Below, one piece after another: positions 26,318 through 38,639 of a DNA stretch of 64,000 bases. Positions within the stretch are counted from its first letter, which is position 1; the number at the start of each line of letters is the position of its first letter. A program made the position numbers and the translations under genes. Origin of the DNA: Octopus bimaculoides (lineage: Eukaryota); assembly GCF_001194135.2 (NCBI RefSeq), contig NC_068982.1, forward strand, positions 96,902,822 to 96,966,821, in the 5' to 3' direction. The notes under the pieces are model-generated. The model was not told where the DNA came from and ran no database searches. It saw nothing but the letters and a program-made list of their open reading frames with translations.

Positions 26318-27332
26318 TCATCATCATCATCATCATCATCGTTTAACGTCCGCTTTCCATGCTAGCATGGGTTGGACGATTTGACTGAGGACTGGTGAAA
26401 CCGGATGGCAACACCAGGCTCCAGTCTGATTTGGCAGAGTTTCTACAGCTGGATGCCCTTCCTAACGCCAACCACTCAGAGAGTGTAGTGGGTGCTTTTA
26501 CGTGTCACCCGCACGAAAACGGCCACGCTCGAAATGGTGTCTTTTATGTNNNNNNNNNNNNNNNNNNNNNNNNNNNNNNNNNNNNNNNNNNNNNNNNNNN
26601 NNNNNNNNNNNNNNNNNNNNNNNNNNNNNNNNNNNNNNNNNNNNNNNNNNNNNNNNNNNNNNNNNNNNNNNNNNNNNNNNNNNNNNNNNNNNNNNNNNNN
26701 NNNNNNNNNNNNNNNNNNNNNNNNNNNNNNNNNNNNNNNNNNNNNNNNNNNNNNNNNNNNNNNNNNNNNNNNNNNNNNNNNNNNNNNNNNNNNNNNNNNN
26801 NNNNNNNNNNNNNNNNNNNNNNNNNNNNNNNNNNNNNNNNNNNNNNNNNNNNNNNNNNNNNNNNNNNNNNNNNNNNNNNNNNNNNNNNNNNNNNNNNNNN
26901 NNNNNNNNNNNNNNNNNNNNNNNNNNNNNNNNNNNNNNNNNNNNNNNNNNNNNNNNNNNNNNNNNNNNNNNNNNNNNNNNNNNNNNNNNNNNNNNNNNNN
27001 NNNNNNNNNNNNNNNNNNNNNNNNNNNNNNNNNNNNNNNNNNNNNNNNNNNNNNNNNNNNNNNNNNNNNNNNNNNNNNNNNNNNNNNNNNNNNNNNNNNN
27101 NNNNNNNNNNNNNNNNNNNNNNNNNNNNNNNNNNNNNNNNNNNNNGGGTATTCACATTGACATTACACATCCAACGGAGCATACTGGCTTCATTCCTTGC
27201 GAGCTTACGTATGTCCTCAGCAGTTACAGCCCATGTTTCACTGCCATGTAGCATGGTTGTTCGTACGCATGCGTCATACAGTCTGCCTTTTACTCTGAGT
27301 GAGAGTCCCTTTGTCGCCAGCAGGGGTAAGAG
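26318..27332 (-). mobile_element. 5'-truncated RTE copy spanning an assembly gap
   Basis: ORF end MLHGSETWAVTAEDIRKLARNEASMLRWMCNV at 27146-27254 and 3' UTR with (GAT)n tail at 26318-26549. Gap 26550-27145. Confidence 0.8.
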
Positions 27333-27347
27333 CTCTATATATATATC

Positions 27348-27505
27348 TCATCATCATCATTTAACGTCTGCTTTCCATGCTAGCATGGGTTGGACGATTT
27401 GACTGAGGACTGGTGAAACCGGATGGCTACACCAGGCTCCAATCTGATTTGGCAGAGTTTCTACAGCTGGATGCCCTTCCTAACGCCAACCACTCAGAGT
27501 GTAGT
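27348..27505 (-). mobile_element. RTE 3'-tail / SINE-like fragment
   Basis: Near-identical to the tail at 26330-26490. Confidence 0.8.
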
Positions 27506-27693
27506 GTGTATATATATATATATCAAGATGAATACTTATTCTGTAAATTCTGATTTTGTTTTTGATCAAATCTTAACTGCTACAACATTACCGAAAGTAC
27601 ACATATACAGCATTGTTACTTATGCAACCAAGATGCACAACTCTAATATAAATGTTTTTATAGTCTAGTGTTTAAAATGTGACTATTAAACTT

Positions 27694-27699
27694 TTTATT
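27694..27699 (-). promoter_or_regulatory. Candidate polyadenylation signal AATAAA for the BIN3 3' UTR
   Basis: tttatt on + about 1.1 kb past the stop. AT-rich DNA makes chance hexamers common. Confidence 0.3.
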
Positions 27700-28214
27700 T
27701 GTGTTATAATTTTGTTTAATGGCATAAAATTAAAGTCGAAACTGTACACAATGAAATGTTTCTTACCTGTTTAAAAATCCAGATTTGATTAATGAGGATG
27801 GTTAGCATGATGGTGAATATAGACATCATAATAATCCAATTCATTCAACTGATTTTATGAGAAAAATAACATTTAAGCTCAATTATTGTATCACAATATA
27901 AAAATAAACAAAAATAACTCAAATCTGTGCATTTACAATTGCCTTTTAATTTGACTTCTGTAATGTGTTTAATTTAAAGTTGTTTCGGATCTTGGAAGTA
28001 TTCTGAGTATTGGATCAACCTAAAACACCAAGTGGTTCATAAAGGCTGAAGTCAGTATAGTACTATAGTAATAAAGGATTTAGTTCTGAATCCTTAAAAA
28101 ACAGCAGGACCTGTAACATATGCTACAGTTATTACAAAATAAATCCATCACTGATAACATGATGGTCTTCTGATCAAGTCAGTATTTTATTTTTCTCATC
28201 AATGAATACATATT

Positions 28215-28515
28215 TTACAATCTTGAAATCTGCATTTCACAATCTGGGACACGCATCTCATAATCTGGGATACATATTTCAGCATCTGGGGTATGTGCCC
28301 CACAACGTGGGACTCTCATCACACACTCTTGGGCATGCATTTACAACCTAGGATATGCATCACACAATAAGGTGCATGAATTTCAATCTGGCATATATGT
28401 AACAATCAGGGACATGCATTACACAATCTAGCACATGAGTAACAATCTGAGACATGCATCTCACAATCTAGGGCATGCATTACACAATCTGGCACATGTG
28501 GTGCACAATCTGAGG
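28215..28515. repeat. Degenerate ~21-bp minisatellite in the BIN3 3' UTR (about 15 units)
   Basis: Unit like acaatctgggacatgcatctc. The paralogous array at about 57985-58112 has about 7 units. Confidence 0.8.
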
Positions 28516-28833
28516 AATATATTTCACATAAATTAGTCACATGCTACAATACAATATCATATTTCACAGGATGGAATTTCATGATAAAAGTAATGTGATG
28601 ATATTTATGAAACAACAAAATATTACAATCAATGTGTAGAACAATCTTTGTTATTGAGTCACTCCAGTAGTTAGTAGTTTGCCAAATTTAAAGTAGTCCA
28701 ATGTTTAAAATGGATTTCTTCAGTGGACTCCATATGAATAAACTTCATTTATTACATAAAAAGGTATTTGATTTTTTTTCACCTGATATAAAGTCTCTTT
28801 TTGATTTAATATTAATAAATATTAAGTAATTAA

Positions 28834-28974
28834 TCAGTCAACTATGGACAATGCCTTTATATCTGAGAGTTTCTGTTGTATTCTGTTGCCATATTCTTCA
28901 CTAGTGTATGTCTCTGGGGCAAGATGGCCAGCTAACTCACTATAGATCTTGTAACATTCAGAGTTGTAGGCAAC
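28834..28974 (-). CDS. BIN3: BIN3 exon 10, coding part (VAYNSECYKIYSELAGHL...KLSDIKALSIVD*)
   Basis: ttttctctacag acceptor, 46 codons plus TGA. KLS...ALSIV.D C-terminus as in BIN3. Confidence 0.95.
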   Translation of the reverse strand, partial: VAYNSECYKIYSELAGHLAPETYTSEEYGNRIQQKLSDIKALSIVD

Positions 28975-29966
28975 CTGTAGAGAAAAGAGAAAAAAAAAGA
29001 GTCAATGATTAAAACCTTCATTATTGATTTCTTTAATCAATAACAGATTTATCCTAATTAAATATCCCCCACTTCCTATAACCTCAGTAGTACTCAGTTC
29101 TCCAACCCAATCACAACTAAGGAGACTATTTAAACATGACAGAGCAACCTCCACTTGACCATCACTCTGTAGTCTTCTGTCTTAATAATCTCCATGAAAA
29201 CACACACTACTTACATTGATGCACATACATACACTGACATATACACACATTAAGACCCTTCCTACACACATAAGGATCAACAAAGAAACCAATGAGGGAG
29301 CCTCTATGCAGTCAAGCAGCTTACTAGTCCTTAATATCTTTAAAAAGAGGGAATGGTCATGGTTAGAATGCTTCTTTGACTGGAGGTCAGGAAGACGAGG
29401 ACTGACATGATGCTGTAAAAAGAATCTACCTCAATGAATTCTGTCTGAGCCATGGAAAAGTGGACATTAAAACAATGATGATGATGATTTTTCAATTGTT
29501 GGCATCATGTGTCAGATGAAACTTCACTGAGGCAGATTTTCTATGGCCAGATACTCTTCCTGTTACCAACCCATACCTGTTTTCCTAGCAGAGTAATACA
29601 AATTACAAATATGTGTGTAATATGTATGCTTAACTGGTACTCATGCCATTGGCATGTAAAAAGCACCCACTACACTCTTGGAATGGTTGGTATTACGAAG
29701 GACATCCAGCTGTAGATTAGATTGGAACCTGGCATAGCCCTAGAGCTTACCAGTTTCAGTCAAACCATTCAACCCATGCCAGCATGGAAAATGGACATTA
29801 AATGATGATGGCTGTATGGTTAAAACGTTTGCTTCCCAATCATATGGTTCTGGGTTCAGTCCCACTGCATGGCACCTCAGGCAAGTGATTCATGCAATAA
29901 CCTTGGATGATTAAAGCTTTGTAAGAGGTTGTAATATGAGGGAGCTGAAAGACCATTGTGTATATA

Positions 29967-30018
<52 letters not shown>

Positions 30019-30377
30019 TATGCTTGCTTCTCCTCGTCTTGAGATTAGATGATAGCTGTAAAGGATTATCACTGTCATACAAGCAATGCCATTCAATTAC
30101 TTTACTGTGTAAACATGTCTGAACATGGGGAAATATTACCTTGCTTGGAAACATGTAAGGGTTGGTTAGAGAAAGGGCCTCCGGCTCTAAAAAACTGCCC
30201 CAACATCTCTCATCTGACCGATGCAAGTATAGAAAATCCAATGTTAAAATAACAACACTGATGTATAAACAACTTGACTCCAGCCTCACCAAATAAGAAA
30301 AAAACTTGATTGCTAGGATACAATACAGTGTGTGTGTGTGTGTGCGTGTGTGTAAAATCTTATAATATGATACCAAC

Positions 30378-30512
30378 CTGAGATTTGATTAATGCTTCAA
30401 TACATGGTTGATAGTAACTAATTCGGAGATCATATAGTTTAGGCATATCTTCCATTAAGATGGTGTGTAGTTCATAGAACTCTTCTTTGGCTGGCGTCAA
30501 GGATTTCTGACT
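30378..30512 (-). CDS. BIN3: BIN3 exon 9 (SQKSLTPAKEEFYELHTILMEDMPKLYDLRISYYQPCIEALIKSQ)
   Basis: tctatcag acceptor, gttggt donor, 135 nt, phase 0-0. L.E.MP..Y..R..Y.QP..E.LI..Q motif. Confidence 0.95.
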
Positions 30513-32221
30513 CTGATAGAATTTAACAAAAAACAAACAAACAAAATAATCACTCATTTAAAAGACAAAGTACATACAGAGTGTATAAAGACAAAAAGAA
30601 ATCGACATCTTTGATTAAGGTACAATTGATATTTGTTAATATCATTGATGAACACTAGCTTAAAACTAGTTGCTAGGTGATTTGACTAGATATAGCACTT
30701 AAAAGGTCCTTGAAATCAGATGGTATCTTGCAAAAAGAAAAGACATGCTGGATAATGTTGCAGTGGATAAACCATATAAGAAAATAAGATAGAAAGCCTT
30801 TGAATTATATGTTCGTTTGATCACAACTGGCAGGGACTAAACAAACAACTCAAATGTAGATTTGAAATAGCTTTCTAAACAATATTTTTTTCTATCTTTT
30901 ATTCATTTTCTTATGCTGACATAAGAGGAATACATTTGAAAATGTAGACTTTGTACACTATTGCTTATATAAATAAATTCTCACAGCTATTCTCCCATCA
31001 ATGAAGTAGAATGGAATCTATTAGTTCAATAGGTAGACTAAAGTAAACAGATATCCTTTCAACTATAGATCAGAGTGGAATCTGTTAGTTCAACAAGGAA
31101 ACAAAGGTGACAGTAAGAGAAATATTTAAGAGAAACAGAAGGAAGCTATGTTAGTTTCATATGCAGTTTATTAATTCTATGACAAATGGGCTCTTCAACC
31201 AAAAGTTTTATTTTTTGCAGGCATGGCAGTGTGATTAAGAAGCTTGCTCCCTAACTGTTTAATCTCAGATTCAGTATCATTGTGTGGCACAAGAGTCTTC
31301 TGTTATAGCCTCAGGCCAACCGGAACCTTGTGAGTGGATTTAGTTGACAGAAACTGAAAGAAGCCCAGTGCATGCGCGTGTGTGTGTGCAAATAGATGTA
31401 TGATTCCTATTTTTGAGTTTAGAGCCCCAAGTAGATTATCATCATCCAGTCTGCTTCCAGTATAGTGGTTTAGTTGCTACTATATTTAATAGCATTACTA
31501 CTATATACAGGAAGTAAATGTAGGATAAACNNNNNNNNNNNNNNNNNNNNNNNNNNNNNNNNNNNNNNNNNNNNNNNNNNNNNNNNNNNNNNNNNNNNNN
31601 NNNNNNNNNNNNNNNNNNNNNNNNNNNNNNNNNNNNNNNNNNNNNNNNNNNNNNNNNNNNNNNNNNNNNNNNNNNNNNNNNNNNNNNNNNNNNNNNNNNN
31701 NNNNNNNNNNNNNNNNNNNNNNNNNNNNNNNNNNNNNNNNNNNNNNNNNNNNNNNNNNNNNNNNNNNNNNNNNNNNNNNNNNNNNNNNNNNNNNNNNNNN
31801 NNNNNNNNNNNNNNNNNNNNNNNNNNNNNNNNNNNNNNNNNNNNNNNNNNNNNNNNNNNNNNNNNNNNNNNNNNNNNNNNNNNNNNNNNNNNNNNNNNNN
31901 NNNNNNNNNNNNNNNNNNNNNNNNNNNNNNNNNNNNNNNNNNNNNNNNNNNNNNNNGTGTAGAAGAAATACCACAAAGAATTTTGTTCAACACTAACAAT
32001 TCAGTTAATCTATCACTTTAGACAAGTACTTTATTTTATCAACTCTGGAAGGGTGGAAAGCAAAATTAACATTGGTGTGACATGAACTCACAACACAAAG
32101 CATTGAAACAATCTGCAAAGTATTTTGTTCAAGATTAACAATTTTGTCATTTTTGTCAATTATGTAAAGATATGGTGGTGATTATAATAAAAACATTGCA
32201 AAGATAACAAGTGAACGGTAC

Positions 32222-32302
32222 CTGATTTAACTTGACAATATTGTTTCCAGTACGTTCACGGTCTTGGTACTTTTTGACCTTAGCTTCACATCTTTTGTAT
32301 TC
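32222..32302 (-). CDS. BIN3: BIN3 exon 8 (EYKRCEAKVKKYQDRERTGNNIVKLNQ)
   Basis: ttttgcttcag acceptor, gtacc donor, 81 nt, phase 0-0. Confidence 0.93.
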
Positions 32303-32659
32303 CTGAAGCAAAAAGAATCATTAATCAGTGAAAATCATCGATAATGGGATTTAGATATGAAGAACACAGTTCACAGATGATACAAACTTACTTCAATCAA
32401 TGGCCCAGTGTAGCCACAGCCCTCTAGACAGAATTAGTGAAAATATAATCCTAATCTTGAATAAACACAGGTATGGTTGTGGTTGAGAAGTTTGCTTCTC
32501 AACAAATGGTTTTGGGTTCAGTCCAACAGTGTGGCACCATGGATGAGTGTTTTCTATTATAATACTGGGCTGACCAAAGCCTTGCAAGTGAATTTGGTTG
32601 ATGGAAACCGAAAGAATCCCAACAATCATATGAAGTCAAAGGAAGGAGACAGTAACACA

Positions 32660-32697
<38 letters not shown>

Positions 32698-33193
32698 TGA
32701 AAGACTTCTTTCAGTTTCTTCCTACCAAATCTACTCACATTTGCCCAAAGTGCCATACAAAGGGATTGAGCCTGAAGTCATGTGGTTGGGAAGCAAACAT
32801 TTTGCCACATCCACAAGTTGGTAAAAAATATACAATGAAATTTATGAGTTTTGCTAAGTTTATAAGGAAGGCTGGGGAAAAGAAGAATTTGAAGTCTAAA
32901 AACTATCATTTGAAAAAAATTTTCATTTTCTTTCTCAATGAGACAGTGTTGAAACATCAGATTCCTCTTCTTCCTAACTTAACCAAATTCCAGAAGCTAT
33001 TGATGTTTTAATCAGTAAGACATTGATATAACATAACCAATTGAGTTTTAGGCTTCTGAATGTTAGAAATTTTAGTGTTTTAAAAAGATTCTAATCAGTT
33101 CCTTTATGATACATCTCCTTCTCCAGGTAAGTATTTAGAATTAGAGAGATTTTAAATAGAATAAAGCATATAAAAATAAATAACAGTACAAAC

Positions 33194-33254
33194 CTCCAAA
33201 GCTTGTTCCCTCTTTTTCTTAGCCGCATGAAGACTGGGGAATATACTACTAAAC
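33194..33254 (-). CDS. BIN3: BIN3 exon 7 (FSSIFPSLHAAKKKREQALE)
   Basis: cactacag acceptor, gtttgt donor, 61 nt, phase 2-0. F..FP.L..A.K.REQAL motif. Confidence 0.93.
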
Positions 33255-33994
33255 CTGTAGTGACAAGAAGCAGTTGTATTGATATTACTGAAGCAACAAA
33301 ATATTAATGTGATATATTTTTCAATAACATAAATTCCTGTTAACCAGAGCTGCCTAGGTAGGTAAGGTAGGCACTATCTACCTTGAATAAAATAGATCGA
33401 TAGCAACATTTTCCTTTTATGGCAAAATATGTACTTAATTCAATAAAATTATGAAGATTACTTTTCATAAATTGCAAAATATTTTATTTTCTTGTAGGTA
33501 ATTTGCCGCTACTTTTCAATCTCAGTATTTAAGCTACACATAGTACTGCTGTAGTACACATGCTGTGTACACTCCTACAACACTGTTTTCTTTACATGCT
33601 ATAAAGGTAGAAGCTGCCTTCAACTCAGTTGCGCATCTGTGTTTCACTTATTTTTTGTGTGTTTTACTACATAAAGGTCACCAACTACCTACCTGAGTAA
33701 TTACTAATGGCACATGCCTGATTTTAACGTTGAATATAACTAAAAACCCGACCTCTCACTTCTGAAATTTTATTGAGAAAATAAATGAAAAAAATGTTCA
33801 AGAAAAACAAAATAAAGCACACTGTTTAAATGATTGCTTTTCAAATCAGGTGATTTTTCTATCATTTAGCCACTCAATCATTTAGTACATGTAGAACTTG
33901 TTTTTGCTCAGTTGGAAAAGTACAACAAGCTCAGGGGTTGAACTTAGGTTGTTCAGAATCTTAACTTCTAAGTAGTGATCTACATAGTATAGAA

Positions 33995-34280
33995 CAGGGG
34001 TTGTCAATCTTTCATCATTGTGACCCAATTCTGTATGGTTGTCGTTAAATATTCAAATAAAAAAAAATAATTTTCCAAAAATCAAATAAAATTAACAGTT
34101 AATATTTTTGCAGAGGAAATATTCTTGTTTTCATTTGCAGTCAATGTCGTGCTGTAGCTCTTATGCCTATGGTTTATTAATAGTATATTCATGAACATTT
34201 AATGTTTTATAAAATATTTTAAAAAACTTTGCAACATATTCAGGGTTATATTGTAATCCACAAGTTGAGAATTATTACTG
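33995..34280. mobile_element. Possible degraded hAT-type MITE
   Basis: Left end CAGGGGTTGTCAATCT, weak right end AGTTGAGAATTATTACTG, flanks gtatagaa / tataagaa are only TSD-like. Confidence 0.35.
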
Positions 34281-34786
34281 TATAAGAAACAACAATGCAG
34301 CTAACAAGAAGAAATAGTTTCATTCAATCACCTTCAGTAAAATCAGGTGAATTTGGCATTGCTAACATGTATTAAGTTTGATATCTCCAGAGTTCTTCAC
34401 TCAAATACCAGTAAGATTTTATTATAGTTGATATGATCAACTACAAAATGCTCTATCTAGACAAAAGAAGTTTATATTCTAAGCAAGAAAAGCATCTCCA
34501 AAATACATCAACTTAACAAGATATCAATAAACTAGTGATAGACAAAACTATTGTCCATACTTGGAGAGAAGCCACTTTTTTTTTTTTTACACTAAAAAAC
34601 ACGAGCATGAAAAACTCAAGTACCAAAGCTGGTCTTGGGACTGAAATGCACAGTACACATTAATACACACACACCCGTTTTGCATGTGGCCTTGTGCTAA
34701 TATTAAAATTCAACATCAACAGAAACATTAACAAATGCCAGAAACATCAGATTTACAATAAAACAAGTTTAAGAAAATGTATTTAC

Positions 34787-34827
34787 TTTTTGACAGGTTC
34801 CACAAGCGTCTTTTGGATGTTGGAATT
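34787..34827 (-). CDS. BIN3: BIN3 exon 6 (NSNIQKTLVEPVKK)
   Basis: poly-T...gatag acceptor, gtaaat donor, 41 nt, phase 0-2. IQKT..EP.KK motif. Confidence 0.93.
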
Positions 34828-35079
34828 CTATCAATGAAAAAAAAAAAAAAAAATTAAAGAATTTTACAAAAGAAAAAATTTTGAAATATTCAAGTCCATA
34901 TTTTTTCAAATGCATCATTTATTGAATGGCAGGATTTAACAAATGTGGTTGCATAAAGATACAAATTCACTCTCTGAACAAAAGCAATCAATGCTTTCTC
35001 TCTTTTGCTCTTTCTGTCATATATGTAACTTACTAATAATGTTTCACTCTAATGAAGGGTTCTGCCCCAAACTGCCAAC

Positions 35080-36025
35080 CTCACTTCTTCTGTGGCTTGA
35101 CACTATGACGGTGACGTCATCCGCGTATGCAGACACGCTCCTCCTGCATCCTAGCTCTCGTGGCAGGCCCCTCAGCGCCATCAGCTTCCACAGTAGTGGC
35201 TCAAGAGTCAATGCGCACAGAAGTGATGAGAGAAGGCATCCCTGACGAACCAAATGCGTGATGTTAAATGGTCTGGACAAATGACCATTTATGCGAACTA
35301 CCGAGCAGATGCCGCTGTATAAGGCAGTGATCCAACCGTAGAAGATGGGACCAAAACCAGCCGCTCTAAGGACAGCCTCCAAGTAGTGATACACTACCCT
35401 ATCAAAAACTTTTGTTTGATCCAAATTGATCAGTGTCCCACCCATGCCAGGTTCCTTAACTACCCTGTCTATGGTGCGGTGCATCAGATGGAGGTTGTCA
35501 TGGGTACTCCTACCTGGCACGGTGCATGTTTGTGCCTTGTCGACCAGCGCCAACCTCTTGGCTAACACCTTGGCCAAAATCTTCAAGTGTGCGTTGAGCA
35601 CAGTGATGGGCCTGAAGTTATCTATGACATTCCCCTTGCTTGGATCTTTCTTTAGCAGTGCCACTGCTCCTCGCTTTACAGAGACAGGGATACTCCTGTT
35701 TTGCTGCCAGTTGCAGTAGGCGGCTGCCAAGATGCCTCCAAACAAGTCTGGCATATGACAATAAAGTTCATAGGGCAGACCATCCAAGCCTGGCGACTTG
35801 TCTCCCACGCAGCCTGCCATTGCATCCCGTACATCCACAGCTGTGATGGGTCTTTCACAATACTCCACCTCTCTTGCTGAGAGTTGTGGCAGACTATGCA
35901 GGTAGGCACTAAAATCCACTCAGTGTTCTGACCCACCAGTTGTCCCGAACAGTCAGGTAAAGTGTTGTTGAAAGGCCTCACACATCCTTTCAGGCTCGAG
36001 TAATTTGTGCCCTAGCTCCTGTCAG
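35080..36025 (-). mobile_element. L1/Tx1-clade LINE reverse transcriptase fragment in BIN3 intron 5
   Basis: KSPGLDGLPYELY, NFRPITVLNAHLKILAKVLAKRL, LINLDQTKVFDRV, VRQGCLLSSLL, SAYADDVTV. Confidence 0.92.
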
Positions 36026-36438
36026 GGACCTAATGGTGGCTTTGTTGCCTCGTTGTGCCTCCGCCACTCTTGGGCAGCTCCAACTCCTTCGTTCCTCAGA
36101 GCATGCATCATTCGTGTTTGGCATTGAAGTGTTGGTTTAGAAGAATGTGGCATTGTCAATACAGATGTATAATAATTTGAATTGGTCATTGATGAGGGAC
36201 TCAACATAATGGTTTCATTTCCTTGACATATCAAATGTGTACCTCTAAATACAGGAGTCTGTTTGAGAAAATCCTCAGCAACCTTGATATTGCTAAAAAA
36301 AATATTATCCTCACTGATATCCAAACAGGGAAGGCTTGCATTAATTGTTCAAGTTAAAATCATTTTCTCATGTTCTTTAATCTCATACAAAGTTTCAGTT
36401 TTAGATCATAATAATTCAAATATTAATTAATTACTTAC

Positions 36439-36575
36439 CATTTCTTGCATATGAAGGTTCAACTTAACAATTGAATTATCCCACTCTTCACAGTGATGCA
36501 TTAATTTTGATTCTGACTTACATAATGTACTGGCCATTAAATCTTGTGTGATTCTCCGTTCACATTTACTCAGAC
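36439..36575 (-). CDS. BIN3: BIN3 exon 5 (SLSKCERRITQDLMASTLC...LHMQEM)
   Basis: tttcacag acceptor, gtaagt donor, 137 nt, phase 1-0. Confidence 0.93.
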
Positions 36576-37269
36576 CTGTGAAACACAAACATATAGTAAG
36601 GCTTAAAAAAGAAGTTGCATGGAAAAGAAGCTATATTATTCTTGAGGATAGTGATAATGACTTCTATGGCCTCAAATTACAGAGAGGGATATAACGAGGA
36701 TACTGACCCAGATATTTGATTAATACTTATTCAGGAAGGATAAAAGGCAAAGTTGACCCTTGTAGCATTTAAACCTAGAACATAAAGAATTGTAACTCAA
36801 TACTGAAAACAATCTTGTTTGCTAGCCGAACCATTTCACCTGTTAGCCATTCTTCATCCATTAATATTCTCTCTATTCACATATTACACTGATTCATCCC
36901 CATCTCCACTGAACCCAATTATCTCTCCTCATTCATTACTCCTGCCTCTTGTTCTCTCCCTGTCAACTGTATCATTGTTACTACTCTGCAACTCTTTCCC
37001 CTCCCTCCATTCTCTTCTGCATCCCTCTATCCTCCCCAACTCATGCATCATTTGTCATGCACCACCACTTGTCTATCATTCCCTACATATACAATCTTTA
37101 CAGTTGTTGCCCATCTCTCCTCTCTCATTCCTCCAGTCCTTGCTCTGTCATTCACTCTTGCAAACTCACACTCATACTCTTAGTTCATCTGTCCTCATTC
37201 ACTTTAACTTAACTCATACTTTGAGGGGCTACCTGGATATCTCATCACCACTATTTATCTCATTGCAGA

Positions 37270-37630
37270 ATCCTTACTGATCATTCCCACCCTCTCTTTT
37301 AAATATGAGTAGCCATGTAGCTTCTCCACAACAAGGAACTGCTCTGCCCACCACCTCCTCTCATACCTTAACCCTTCAACCCTTAGCATAAAGTTGAACC
37401 CCACGATTTGGGGTTCATAGTCTTGCATGTTACATGGTGACCTCACTAGTGCTGGTGGCACGATAAAAAATCTCAGTACAAACTGTAAAGCGGTTGGCAT
37501 TAAGAAGGGCATCCAGCCATAGAAACCGCACCAGAGGAGACACTGGAGCTCAGAGCAGTCTTTCGGCTGATCAGATCCTGTCAAACTGTCCAACTTATGT
37601 CAGCATGGAACATGGACATAAAATGATGAT
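37270..37630 (+). mobile_element. Older RTE 3'-UTR / SINE-like copy
   Basis: gaagggcatccagccatagaaac...cagcatggaacatggacataaaatgatgatg tail. Confidence 0.7.
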
Positions 37631-38094
37631 GTTTATCTTCCTTCAGCTAAAACACTGCCATAATGCTGGTGATGATAAACATTGTTCCACTACCTGCCTA
37701 ACAAACTATAAACAATGTGAAGTATATTTGCCACTTAAATGTGGCTAAACCCTAAGGGTGAATGTTACTGCTACTTTTAGCCCCGGGAGAACATCTCCTC
37801 CAGCTGGCTATTGACACACTTTCTGTGCCCTGTCGGTATTTGCAAAGGGAAGTCATCCTTCCCATCGTCGATCTGACGCGATACGCACGGACCCGGGTTT
37901 CTGGGTATTTACCCTTCGTCAGCGTACAACAATCACTGATCTTCAATGCAAGTTGTCGTGCAGTTACTGTTTATACCTTGTTCAGAGATTTAACAAACTA
38001 TAAACACCTGGATAAATAATTAACATAATAGAAAAATCATCAATTTAACTATTCCTAATATTAGACATAAATGTAAAATATTATAAATACTCAC

Positions 38095-38156
38095 TTGAAG
38101 CTGTCTCTGAGCACTTTTTAGAATCCTTGTAAAGTTTCCTACATGTCTCCTCAAGT
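38095..38156 (-). CDS. BIN3: BIN3 exon 4 (LEETCRKLYKDSKKCSETAS)
   Basis: tttcag acceptor, gtgagt donor, 62 nt, phase 2-1. Confidence 0.93.
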
Positions 38157-38639
38157 CTGAAATATAAAAGAAAGAAATAGGAGACATGTTATGTTTAAGG
38201 AGAGAGATTCAAAAGACTGAACAAAATGTAAAAATGTTAACAATGACATGAATTTTTCTTTTAATCTTACGTCATGGACAAGTTATAGGATGAAAATTTT
38301 CACGGGAGATCTTAAGAATGTCACTTATGTAAAGATTACAGCTTAGCAATTGGTTATGTTGGTGGTATGTTACTGGCCTGGCAGCTAAACCCCATGGCAA
38401 AAGTTGTTTATTAGGACATTAGGCTGCATCAGTGGCAATCATTTTGGCTGAGATCAGCTCTCAGTGTGTCACAGTGGTTTGGCATATATTTACGTCAACC
38501 ACTTTAAAACAAGTACTGTTTATGTATGTAAACTATTATTACTGGGCTAAACGCTCCTACAGTAATACTACAGGAATAAGATCACCCAAAAGCGTAAGTC
38601 AAACAATTACTGTATATTGGCTTAAGAAAGCATCAAAAG

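Noticed and set aside
26395-27402. Long ORFs across N gaps (also 31442-31999, 48244-48784, 62731-63361)
   Set aside because: Their length comes from unknown bases with no stop codons, so there is no coding evidence.
35044-35919. 291-aa ORF as a host gene or domesticated RT
   Set aside because: It is a truncated Tx1/L1 RT fragment with a frameshift upstream, degraded motifs and no fitting splice phases.
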